Shown here: in pieces, positions 56,097 through 64,000 of the stretch | Layout: the number at the start of each line of letters is the position of its first letter | Numbering within the stretch: position 1 is the first letter of the stretch | IMG/VR virus record: IMGVR_UViG_3300043446_005562 | Span: 188,619 to 252,618 of that record | Length of the DNA stretch: 64,000 bases | Strand: one strand, 5' to 3' | Program-made: the position numbers and the translations under genes | The notes under the pieces: generated by a model | What the model was told of the DNA's origin: nothing | The model's input: only the letters and a program-made list of their open reading frames with translations | Database searches by the model: none

Positions 56097-56878
56097 AAAC
56101 CTTAATTACATTGGCTTTAATGCTAGCATCAATTGCAGCAGTCGGTCAGACAAGTCCACCTCCACCGCCCAAGGCGCCAGCTGAGGATTTTGGCAATACT
56201 CAAAATAATATTATGGGCGCGCAGGCCAGATCTTTTGGCGGCGGCTCAATAATTAGACCCAACCCAGTGCTGACCTCAGCCGATTTTAGTTTCATACAGA
56301 ATCCAACCTTTGAATCGGGTTGGCGCTATGGTACTGGCTTGGGATACAGTAATGTAAATTTGGGTAAGGGTTATGGTGTCAACGTTATTTTGACATTTGA
56401 CTTGACCCAACAAACCTATTCGGGTTTCTATCGCAATGGAGACTGGTACTTTCATCTCAACTTTGGAAAAATGGGTCTTGTCAGAAACATTGGCGCAAGC
56501 GCAACCAGAGTTTGGGAATTCGATAAAACAACTGTCGGTGTACAGCTTGGAGTATCCGATGTTGAGAGCATGGATTTAAAAAATCAGTATTACGTTGCGG
56601 TGCCCTATCTTGTTTTTCTAGCGGATCGAGAGATTAGATTAAGCAAAAGACTTGAATGGAAGCCTGAGATTTTCATAACTACTTGTTCGCCATACTATGA
56701 CATTGGTAAAAAATTTAGCAGCACATCCACAACATTCAACGCGGTCGTTGGCAACAACATCTCAATCGCAGTTCACAAGAAATTCAGGCTAAATGTTAAT
56801 TGGCGTGCAAATATGAACACAACTCCAAACTGGGGTGTCATGCACAACATTCTAGTCGGAACAACTTTAAAATTTTAA
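56093..56878 (+). CDS. Outer-membrane beta-barrel-like protein
   Basis: Signal peptide, amphipathic strands, terminal Phe; paralogous to the C-terminus of 52422-54005. Confidence 0.6.
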   Translation: MKTLITLALMLASIAAVGQTSPPPPPKAPAEDFGNTQNNIMGAQARSFGGGSIIRPNPVLTSADFSFIQNPTFESGWRYGTGLGYSNVNLGKGYGVNVILTFDLTQQTYSGFYRNGDWYFHLNFGKMGLVRNIGASATRVWEFDKTTVGVQLGVSDVESMDLKNQYYVAVPYLVFLADREIRLSKRLEWKPEIFITTCSPYYDIGKKFSSTSTTFNAVVGNNISIAVHKKFRLNVNWRANMNTTPNWGVMHNILVGTTLKF

Positions 56879-56910
56879 ACCCAGATAAATATTATTAAAA
56901 AATAAAGAAT

Positions 56911-57501
56911 ATGAATTACACAAGAGAACAAATTGAAAAGGCGGTCAAGGCCAAGGGTTATGCATGGTTTGAGGGCGCAAAGGACTATGATGTCAATATT
57001 GTTGGTATTAGAAATTCTAGCACCGGCCAAAAGGTCACTAACGTGTTTGATGATCTGTTGACCGTGTCCTATAAATTAAACGGTGAATGGCACTTTCATG
57101 CCTGGGCCGCAACAACCGATCCCGGTAAAAAGGGGGTTATGGAGTATCATAATGCAGCTGGCGTTGCTCGACTGGTTGAGGGTCAATATCGTGGATCGCA
57201 TGCAATCGGTCTACACCAGGGTAAGTACGAAGCCCTAAAGCAGGCTAAAAACGTCAAGGTGTATCGCGATGCAAATCGTGATCTAACTTACGATGAAACC
57301 AAAATTCAGGAAGGAATCTTTGGAATCAACATTCACAAAGCTGGAGCGGACTCAACCTATGTTGAAAACTGGTCAGAAGGTTGTCAAGTATTTAAAAAGT
57401 CAGCGGACTTTGATCAGTTCTTGGCCATCTGTAAAAAATCACAAGCAATTCACGGTAATTCCTTTACCTATACGCTAATTGAATCTGCGGACATTGTATG
57501 A
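56911..57501 (+). CDS. YkuD/L,D-transpeptidase-like peptidoglycan enzyme
   Basis: TTDPG; GINIH...WSEGCQV catalytic motif; GATAAATA at 56884-56891. Confidence 0.7.
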   Translation: MNYTREQIEKAVKAKGYAWFEGAKDYDVNIVGIRNSSTGQKVTNVFDDLLTVSYKLNGEWHFHAWAATTDPGKKGVMEYHNAAGVARLVEGQYRGSHAIGLHQGKYEALKQAKNVKVYRDANRDLTYDETKIQEGIFGINIHKAGADSTYVENWSEGCQVFKKSADFDQFLAICKKSQAIHGNSFTYTLIESADIV

Positions 57502-58241
57502 GATTAATATTTCTATTACTACTAATTATTCCTATTGAAGCCTTTAGTCAAACTAAGGGCTTCATTTCAATAGGTGGCGATTGGAATTCAGGTAACTTTC
57601 AGTCGATTGGCCTGACACTGCGGTCGGAGATTAAAAAGGACAGTGGCAACTATCAATGGGCGATTGCGCCCAACTTTAGATGGAGCGAACAGTCAAAGGT
57701 TGGTGGAGGAGACCTAAATCTCTATGAGAACGAGCTCTACTTGACAGGTAATTTGACACGATCATTGGTCAAGAGCTGGAAGGTGATAGGCTTTTCCGAA
57801 AACGAAAAATCCTATTTAAGAAAAATAGACTTGCGATCAGCTGCTGGTTTTGGAATTGGGGTTGATCTACTCAATCTAAAAGGAGTTCGGCTCTCAGTGT
57901 CTGAACTTATTCTACCTGAATACTATTGGTCAAGCCTGAACACTGAACTAAATAACTTTACGGTTAGGGGCTCGACCCGATTCAAGCTTGAGATCAGCGG
58001 TAAGATTTTAAAGTTCTCATCAGTCAATCTAATTCAACCGGCCATCTATTCAAGTCGACAGGTTAGCTTTGCGGATAATCTAAACATTCGCAGTAATTCT
58101 TCAATCTCTACCAAGTTAAAGGATCGCTATGAGGTTGGTGTGTTACATACCTTAACCTATCAGGGATATCCCTACTACATCAATAAGACGATTGTGCCAA
58201 TGCAACAGGGCGCATCCATCTTTGTTAAGTGTACTTTTTAA
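57498..58241 (+). CDS. DUF481-like outer-membrane beta-barrel
   Basis: Signal peptide; SGN...SYLRKIDLRSAAGFGIG; terminal Phe. Confidence 0.65.
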   Translation: MRLIFLLLLIIPIEAFSQTKGFISIGGDWNSGNFQSIGLTLRSEIKKDSGNYQWAIAPNFRWSEQSKVGGGDLNLYENELYLTGNLTRSLVKSWKVIGFSENEKSYLRKIDLRSAAGFGIGVDLLNLKGVRLSVSELILPEYYWSSLNTELNNFTVRGSTRFKLEISGKILKFSSVNLIQPAIYSSRQVSFADNLNIRSNSSISTKLKDRYEVGVLHTLTYQGYPYYINKTIVPMQQGASIFVKCTF

Positions 58242-58242
58242 T

Positions 58243-58752
58243 TTAGAGATTTTCCAGACCGTCAGCAAGAGTGGAGTCCCAATCCTTGGAGTCGTCAACT
58301 GGTTTCTTAGCCTTGCTGCGAGTCATCTCTTCAGGCGTCAATAGGGCTCTGCCGAATTTTTTGACACGATCTGCGTATCTGGTCTTGACGCGATCGCTGA
58401 TTGCAAGCGGCTCGCCCTCATCGTCAATTCTGACAAATTTCATGTTAGTATGAGTCACGACCTTTTGGACTCCAGTATAGACATTGTGCTTTCTAACCTC
58501 AATGTAGAGAGTGACTGACGTTGTGCCAAATTCTTTAACGCTACCGTAGATCTTTAGGATATTACCTGACTTAACTGGCAATTTAAAAACAAGCTCATCT
58601 ATTTTTAGGGTGACCACGCGTTGAGTATCGCAGATTTGAGAAGCATAACTTGCGGCAGCATCATCAATGATCGATAGGATTATTCCACCGAACATGTTAT
58701 TGTGAACTCCAATATCTCCCTGCTTGCAGATGTAGGTACTAATTAATTCCAT
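58243..58752 (-). CDS. Acyl-CoA thioesterase (hotdog, YciA-like)
   Basis: NMFGGIILSIIDDAAA...VVT...FGTTS...FVRID. Confidence 0.85.
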   Translation of the reverse strand: MELISTYICKQGDIGVHNNMFGGIILSIIDDAAASYASQICDTQRVVTLKIDELVFKLPVKSGNILKIYGSVKEFGTTSVTLYIEVRKHNVYTGVQKVVTHTNMKFVRIDDEGEPLAISDRVKTRYADRVKKFGRALLTPEEMTRSKAKKPVDDSKDWDSTLADGLENL

Positions 58753-60113
58753 TACTTAACTGTTGCTTTTAAATTTTTCTTTAGTTCAGCCAGATCCTCA
58801 CGATACATGTCAATTGGATCCTTCTTTTTAATCTCGGCCAAAAGAGCCTTTTTGTCAGCAACCTCTTTTAAAAGCTGTTCATAGGTTTCCTTGGTCAAGG
58901 AATGAATTGGCATGTTAAGCAAATAGTTGTAAGAGCCGTTGACCTCATCAAAATCTGCCGTTTGCAAGTAGAGAATGATCTCCTTACGCGGAACGTTGTT
59001 GATCTTCAACTTGCCGTCGATTATCAACTTAACGAATCTTGCCCGATTGGAAAGGTACGTAAGTTCCTCATTGTACTTGTTGATGAGATAGGCCTTGCGC
59101 TTTGCATAGAAGGTTGATCTAAACTTGACAAAGTATTCCACCAGTTGGGGCACCGTATCAAAGATGATAAGCTTGCCGCGCTCGTCCAAACAGGTTAGGT
59201 TCTCAGTCTCGGTCTCAACCATTTTTAGAGTCTGTTCAAGACGACCCTTTGCAATTAGGTCAGCAAGGGTTGCTCTTGAAAATTTAAGAGTGTAGTTGAT
59301 ACCGTTTGCTGAGTTGTCCTCATACGAAAAGATGATACCTCTATCCTGTAGAGAATTAAGATGAGCTTCGTATTTTTGAAAGGTTATGGACGGCGGCAGT
59401 TCAGAGATCTCGACTGTTGTTGTGTTTGCAACTCGATACTCTCCACGCATCATGTACTGATTTGTACCCGCAACCTGTTCGACAGGTCCACGATACTCAT
59501 TCCACCAGGGCAGAAGCTTGCCAACCTTTTTACCGTCCAACACTTTAAGACAGGCATCAACTAGATCAAGTGGATTACGATTTAAGATGTTTGTTGCAAA
59601 ACCAACCGCAATACCCGAACTACCGTTCAACAAGACAGTTGGAATGATTGGTAAAAAATACTTGGGCTCTATCAAATTACCCTCTTCAACCTGATTCTCA
59701 AGCAGTTCAAAGTCCTTGTACAGCAGCCTAAAGTTACCGGTTAATTTCGTTGAGATATATCGAGCCGCGCCCGCTTCTGGCGAACGTAGGGAACCGAACT
59801 GACCAATCTCTTCTAGGAGTGGCAGGGAATTCTTAAATGACTGCGCCATGCCAATGATTGCACCATTTAGTGAACCGTCACCGTGATGGTAGTGGGCCTC
59901 GGATGCGATGCGGCCACCTAATTGAAATATCTTTAGGGGTTTTTCGGAGCCATTACGCCAAACCTTATCTGCAATAAAGATAATCTTACGTGCAGTAGGT
60001 TTAAAACCGTCTATCACTGACGGTATTGCTCGATTCTCTAGCGTGTACATGCCGTACATTGCGTAGTCCTGATCGAGATATTCGGTTATTGTTTTATTCT
60101 GTAATTGATTCAT
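58752..60113 (-). CDS. Type II topoisomerase medium subunit (T4 gp52/GyrA-like)
   Basis: RAIPSVIDGFKP, YHHGD, AARYI (catalytic Tyr), LLNGSSGIAVGFAT. Confidence 0.95.
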   Translation of the reverse strand: MNQLQNKTITEYLDQDYAMYGMYTLENRAIPSVIDGFKPTARKIIFIADKVWRNGSEKPLKIFQLGGRIASEAHYHHGDGSLNGAIIGMAQSFKNSLPLLEEIGQFGSLRSPEAGAARYISTKLTGNFRLLYKDFELLENQVEEGNLIEPKYFLPIIPTVLLNGSSGIAVGFATNILNRNPLDLVDACLKVLDGKKVGKLLPWWNEYRGPVEQVAGTNQYMMRGEYRVANTTTVEISELPPSITFQKYEAHLNSLQDRGIIFSYEDNSANGINYTLKFSRATLADLIAKGRLEQTLKMVETETENLTCLDERGKLIIFDTVPQLVEYFVKFRSTFYAKRKAYLINKYNEELTYLSNRARFVKLIIDGKLKINNVPRKEIILYLQTADFDEVNGSYNYLLNMPIHSLTKETYEQLLKEVADKKALLAEIKKKDPIDMYREDLAELKKNLKATVK

Positions 60114-60128
60114 CCGGTATTATTATAC

Positions 60129-60509
60129 TTAAATTATGTCTAAACAGACTGGTGTCAAGAATTTATGATCTTCAGGTAGAGCAAATAACTCGGCAATATG
60201 GTTTTGAACAAAGAGTTCGCTTTCCTCAGTAAGTTTATTTCCCCAAAGAGTTGCCTGATCAAAATGATTCAGTTTAGCAAGTCTCACGAACTCATTGTAA
60301 TCCTTGTCGAGTATGTATCCCTTTAATGGAACAATTCGGCCAACGCATGTATTCCAAGTAAACTTACGACCATTGTAAGTTATCCAATAGTAATCCATTT
60401 CATCTTCACCGACCGCCACAAGTCTTTCAATTTTCCACGAATCTGTTATAACGAATTGCCCCTTAAGATTTTCAAATTCTGTTTTTATTGAGCTTAAATT
60501 ATCTTCCAT
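60129..60509 (-). CDS. Hypothetical protein between topoisomerase subunits
   Basis: 126-aa ORF; DEMDYYWI. Confidence 0.55.
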   Translation of the reverse strand: MEDNLSSIKTEFENLKGQFVITDSWKIERLVAVGEDEMDYYWITYNGRKFTWNTCVGRIVPLKGYILDKDYNEFVRLAKLNHFDQATLWGNKLTEESELFVQNHIAELFALPEDHKFLTPVCLDII

Positions 60510-60510
60510 T

Positions 60511-60597
60511 TTAGAATTTTTGAATTGTTGAAAATGATCTGGCCTGATCCAGGTGGTTCTGTAACAGGTTTAGAAAGTTGACAAAGCGACGGATCAT
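60511..60597 (-). CDS. 28-aa coupled mini-ORF (not in track)
   Basis: MIRRFVNFLNLLQNHLDQARSFSTIQKF; ATGA overlap with the topoisomerase stop; ends just before the next start. Confidence 0.35.
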   Translation of the reverse strand: MIRRFVNFLNLLQNHLDQARSFSTIQKF

Positions 60598-62429
60598 AAC
60601 GACAGTTTTAAAAGTTTCTCCTTACGCATTGCTGAGTCTGTGCCGAACCAGTCATTGAGACTCTCCTTGTACTTCTTATCGTTCTGCATTTTGACCAATA
60701 CTGGATTGTGAATGATATCTCGATACTCAATGTCTTCTAGGGCAGCAAGTCCCTTTTTGTACTCAACGTCCCAGCCCTTGGCACCAGTTTTCTTTTCCCA
60801 GGCCTGATACTCCTCGTTAGAATAGAACGGCTTGACCTCCTTGCCCTTTTTTGCAACAACCAATGGAGTCATTACCTTGAAGACTCGGCCCTGATCAAAG
60901 AGCTCTGGCCAATACTTATTAAAGAAGTTCATTAGCAGACCTGCGATGGAGTCGCCGTCCGGATCCGCGTCAGTATAGATATACACGCTGCCATATCTCA
61001 GGTCACTCGGTTCCTCTCCTAATTTGATTCCTAATGATGCCATAAGCTGGACAGCTTCATCATTCTGGATGACCCCAGAGTTTGTCATTTCACTAACGTT
61101 TAGGAACTTACCCTTTAGTGGAAAGGCTCCAAATGTCTGGGGATCTCTGAATTTCCGAACGGCTGACAGCGCTGACATTCCTTCGAATATTCCAAGCACG
61201 CATTTCTTACGGTCCTTGCCCTTTGCATCAATCAGCTTAAGTACTTTAGTTGAGGCTAGCGACTTATTTAATTTTCTGAGTTCAGCGCGCTCTTCGGCCG
61301 CTTTCTTCTGTTCAATCCAGTCAAGTAACGAAGAGACCACCTCAGACGCAAAGACCGACTTCACGAATTTTTCAGAAACTTGATGGCTTGTGCCAAAGTC
61401 CTTGGGCTCGGTGATGAGCTTCTCCTTGGTTTGGGATGAAAAGGCTGGATTGATTACTGTACAGTTGACAAACAGGAACACGTGATTTCGAATCTCAGAC
61501 GGTTTAACCTCAACCTTGTGCTTCTTTTTGATTAGGGTTCTCAGCCCTTCGATTACTTGATTGAGCACATAATTCTCATGCGTGCCGCCGTCTTTTGTAC
61601 CAATTGAGTTGACGAAAGACACCGACTGAAATCCGTCCTTTGAGACGCCGAACGCAATTTCCCAATCCTTTGATCTTTCCCATATTGAGTTTTGAGTATA
61701 GAGGTCAACGTATTCTCTAAATGTTTTAAACTTAAATTTCTCGCCGTTGAACTCAAGCTTGAGACCTGGATTCGCAGCCGCAATATCAATTACTCTTTTT
61801 CTCATGAGCTTGATATGGGACTCATCAATCGACTTCATTTCAAATCTCGATAGGTCAGGTTCATAGGTAATCTCGGTAAAGCCCTGTCCGGATTTACTAA
61901 TCTTTGGCGTGCTACGACTTGACATGTTGTTGCTAAATATTTGCAAGAACCTATTTTTACCGTCTGCTGTTTCAATCGTGAATTTTTTGGAAAAGATATT
62001 AACGAGCGATGCACCAACCCCGTTTGTGCCGGCAACCGTTCGATCTTCATCGTCGTTGAAATTGGAACCCGCTCTAAGATTCGAGAAGATTAGTTCTGGA
62101 ATCCACACCTTGTGTTCCGGGTGTTGTAACACCGGGATTCCACCGTTATCCCAAACCGAAATGGTTGAGCCGGTTATTTGAACTTTGATTGTATTGATTT
62201 TACCAGTTCTTTTGTGTTCATCGACCGAGTTGGAAATGATTTCATCAAATAGTTTAAGAAAACCTGGATTATGCGTCAACTCTTCCTTTTCGTAGACTCC
62301 GTCCTTTAGGATCCATTCGTTAGACGTGTGAGGTTTTGTTGAACCAATGTACATGCCTGGGCGCTTGAGCACGTGTTCAATCTCGTCAAGTAACTGATAC
62401 TTTTTGCTTATTTCTTTATTAGATGCCAT
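60594..62429 (-). CDS. Type II topoisomerase large subunit (fused gp39+gp60/GyrB-like)
   Basis: HVLKRPGMYIGS, DEIISNSVDE, GTNGVG, EGMSA, PLKGK, TDADPDG, YKKGL. Confidence 0.95.
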   Translation of the reverse strand: MASNKEISKKYQLLDEIEHVLKRPGMYIGSTKPHTSNEWILKDGVYEKEELTHNPGFLKLFDEIISNSVDEHKRTGKINTIKVQITGSTISVWDNGGIPVLQHPEHKVWIPELIFSNLRAGSNFNDDEDRTVAGTNGVGASLVNIFSKKFTIETADGKNRFLQIFSNNMSSRSTPKISKSGQGFTEITYEPDLSRFEMKSIDESHIKLMRKRVIDIAAANPGLKLEFNGEKFKFKTFREYVDLYTQNSIWERSKDWEIAFGVSKDGFQSVSFVNSIGTKDGGTHENYVLNQVIEGLRTLIKKKHKVEVKPSEIRNHVFLFVNCTVINPAFSSQTKEKLITEPKDFGTSHQVSEKFVKSVFASEVVSSLLDWIEQKKAAEERAELRKLNKSLASTKVLKLIDAKGKDRKKCVLGIFEGMSALSAVRKFRDPQTFGAFPLKGKFLNVSEMTNSGVIQNDEAVQLMASLGIKLGEEPSDLRYGSVYIYTDADPDGDSIAGLLMNFFNKYWPELFDQGRVFKVMTPLVVAKKGKEVKPFYSNEEYQAWEKKTGAKGWDVEYKKGLAALEDIEYRDIIHNPVLVKMQNDKKYKESLNDWFGTDSAMRKEKLLKLSL

Positions 62430-62529
62430 ATCGTTTTATTGTATTTGCCAATACACAAAGGTTTTAACGAAGCCACGTTGGTTCCGTCGATTAAGAATAT
62501 TATACTAAAATTAGTGGGTAAAGGTCGAC

Positions 62530-64000
62530 TTAGTAGTCGTAGTCATCGTCGTCATCCTCGTCTTCCGAGTAGTTCTTGTTGTCCCAAGTATATTCAAGCT
62601 CTTCAGTGTCTCTATCTTGTGTAATACCGTAGGTGCGCTCATAGAATCTAGCGTTTTCCGAGTAGAAATCCCATAGACCCATTGCATCGTCTTCGTGACG
62701 AATTGAATCCATGTATTCACGATATTCACCTCTAAGCAATTTCATGAATTCGGAAATAGTTATTGATTTTGGATCGTCAACTAATCCTAACTGTTTAAGT
62801 CTTTTAAGACGGTCTTCACGGCTTTCCTTTAGCATCATGGAAAGACGTTCAACTTCTTTAAAGTCTCTACGATCTAGCGCTTTGTCGATTAGCTCCTGGA
62901 TCTCAGCCTGATCGGGTTCTCTGTCTGCTGGCTCTTCGGCCTGGTAGCTTGGGAAGTCCTGATCGTCTTCTGCATAGGGATCTTCGTAATTAGCAGCATC
63001 AACCGAGTCTTGCCAATCCTTAAGTTCCTGTTTAATTATCTGAATCAGCTTACGAACCTTGGCCTGAGCTGCGTGCATTGCATCAGCAGCCGCAACAATC
63101 TCAGCCTCAGAGTAAGGAGGTTCGCCTTCAGCAAGTTCGCGATAGGCCGGCGCAGCTGTGAATATCAAATTCATCAGCTCAAGGAATTCTCGATCTGATA
63201 CCAGATTGGCATCAATCATTTTACCCCAAACGTATTCACGACCGTTTTCAATATCATCAACCTCCGGGAAGGATTGAATAAACTCTCTAAGATCGGCTGC
63301 TGTTAATTTGGCGCGCTTTAGGTCCTGAACCTCGTCTCTTGGAGTTTCAGTGTTCATAAATACTTTAGCAATCGTTTCATCGTCAAGATGAGCAAGCCCT
63401 CCCTGATTAATTAGCCCGTATATTGCCTTGATTGCTTCATGAAATAGCATTGCCTGATCAAGACCCAAGATAATTAAAGTTGGTGTTGTTTGAGAGTCTT
63501 CGGCTGGAGTCTCTGTCTCCTCTTCTTCCTGATCTTCTTCCGATTCAGGTTTAGCAGGTTTCCATTCAATTTTGGATACACCGCTGAGTCCATTACCCAT
63601 TTCAATCATGCGGGCTCCAACCTCTTCTGGAATTCGCCAATCACGCGCATTACAAATATCGGTGATCATGACAAGCAGCTCAACCATTTTTTTGGCATTG
63701 GCCTCGCCAAATAATTCGATTAGGCCATCCATATTGGTATCGCCCAGTAGCATCTTTTTTGAATTGATTGCCTCGCCCTGCGCAATCATGTTTAGGATCT
63801 TACGCTTGTGAATCGCCGTCTTTGTATCCTCATCTTCAATCTCTTTAAACGATGGCATTTCCTGATCTTCCGACTTTTCCTGATCCATCTTCTGCTTCAT
63901 TTCACGCTGATCGGTTGGAATCCGAATATCTAATTCGGTCTCCCCAAGAATTGTACCATACTGTTCAAGGATAACTTTTTTTGTTAAATCGGCCAGCTGT
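62530..64000 (-). CDS. Large acidic protein, open to the window edge, with IDEAL-like and RLKQLGL motifs
   Basis: Frame is open upstream of 63900 to the edge; ELIDKALDRRDF; ESREDRLKRLKQLGL. Confidence 0.65.
   Translation of the reverse strand, partial: QLADLTKKVILEQYGTILGETELDIRIPTDQREMKQKMDQEKSEDQEMPSFKEIEDEDTKTAIHKRKILNMIAQGEAINSKKMLLGDTNMDGLIELFGEANAKKMVELLVMITDICNARDWRIPEEVGARMIEMGNGLSGVSKIEWKPAKPESEEDQEEEETETPAEDSQTTPTLIILGLDQAMLFHEAIKAIYGLINQGGLAHLDDETIAKVFMNTETPRDEVQDLKRAKLTAADLREFIQSFPEVDDIENGREYVWGKMIDANLVSDREFLELMNLIFTAAPAYRELAEGEPPYSEAEIVAAADAMHAAQAKVRKLIQIIKQELKDWQDSVDAANYEDPYAEDDQDFPSYQAEEPADREPDQAEIQELIDKALDRRDFKEVERLSMMLKESREDRLKRLKQLGLVDDPKSITISEFMKLLRGEYREYMDSIRHEDDAMGLWDFYSENARFYERTYGITQDRDTEELEYTWDNKNYSEDEDDDDDYDY

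Noticed and set aside
60129-60597. Intron, intein or homing endonuclease between topoisomerase subunits
   Set aside because: Both subunits look complete, and the intervening ORF has no HNH, GIY-YIG or LAGLIDADG motif.
62430-62495. Small hairpins in the topoisomerase 5' UTR
   Set aside because: Short and imperfect; not enough to claim a regulatory element without homologs.
1-64000. CRISPR array or cas genes
   Set aside because: No regularly spaced direct repeats and no Cas-like motifs seen; the repetitive signal in the tRNA regions comes from T/D-loop similarity.

Overview
64-kb fragment of a large T4-related (jumbo-type) phage genome. The host is most likely a Bacteroidota bacterium, judged from two proteins with T9SS C-terminal sorting domains, a DUF2452-like protein, A-rich non-Shine-Dalgarno start contexts and an rrn-type boxA. 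Core genes recognised by motif are UvsY-like/UvsW, a C-terminal-only family B DNA polymerase, primase, gp4/gp2/portal/gp13/gp25-like structural genes, an N-domain-less ClpC, a DinG-like helicase and two type II topoisomerase subunits. The window also has 19 canonical tRNAs, two aberrant tRNA-like RNAs, RNA-repair genes (Rnl1-like and DRB0094-like ligases, P-loop kinase, cyclic-phosphate receiver domain), an AT-rich sugar-modification island and a late operon of envelope/secreted proteins (GH19 lysin, cohesin/dockerin T9SS cargo, CsgG-like proteins, beta-barrels, YkuD-like enzyme). The main observation is that each of the two large tRNA operons is preceded by a short leader ORF, absent from the ORF track, followed by mutually exclusive antiterminator/terminator hairpins. 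Each leader contains codons for every elongator tRNA encoded downstream of it, suggesting trp-style attenuators that switch phage tRNA synthesis on when those tRNAs are scarce. A family of late-promoter genes also carries a T4 capsid-targeting-like FxxFxxE motif. All assignments come from manual motif and pairing inspection; no searches or folding programs were run.
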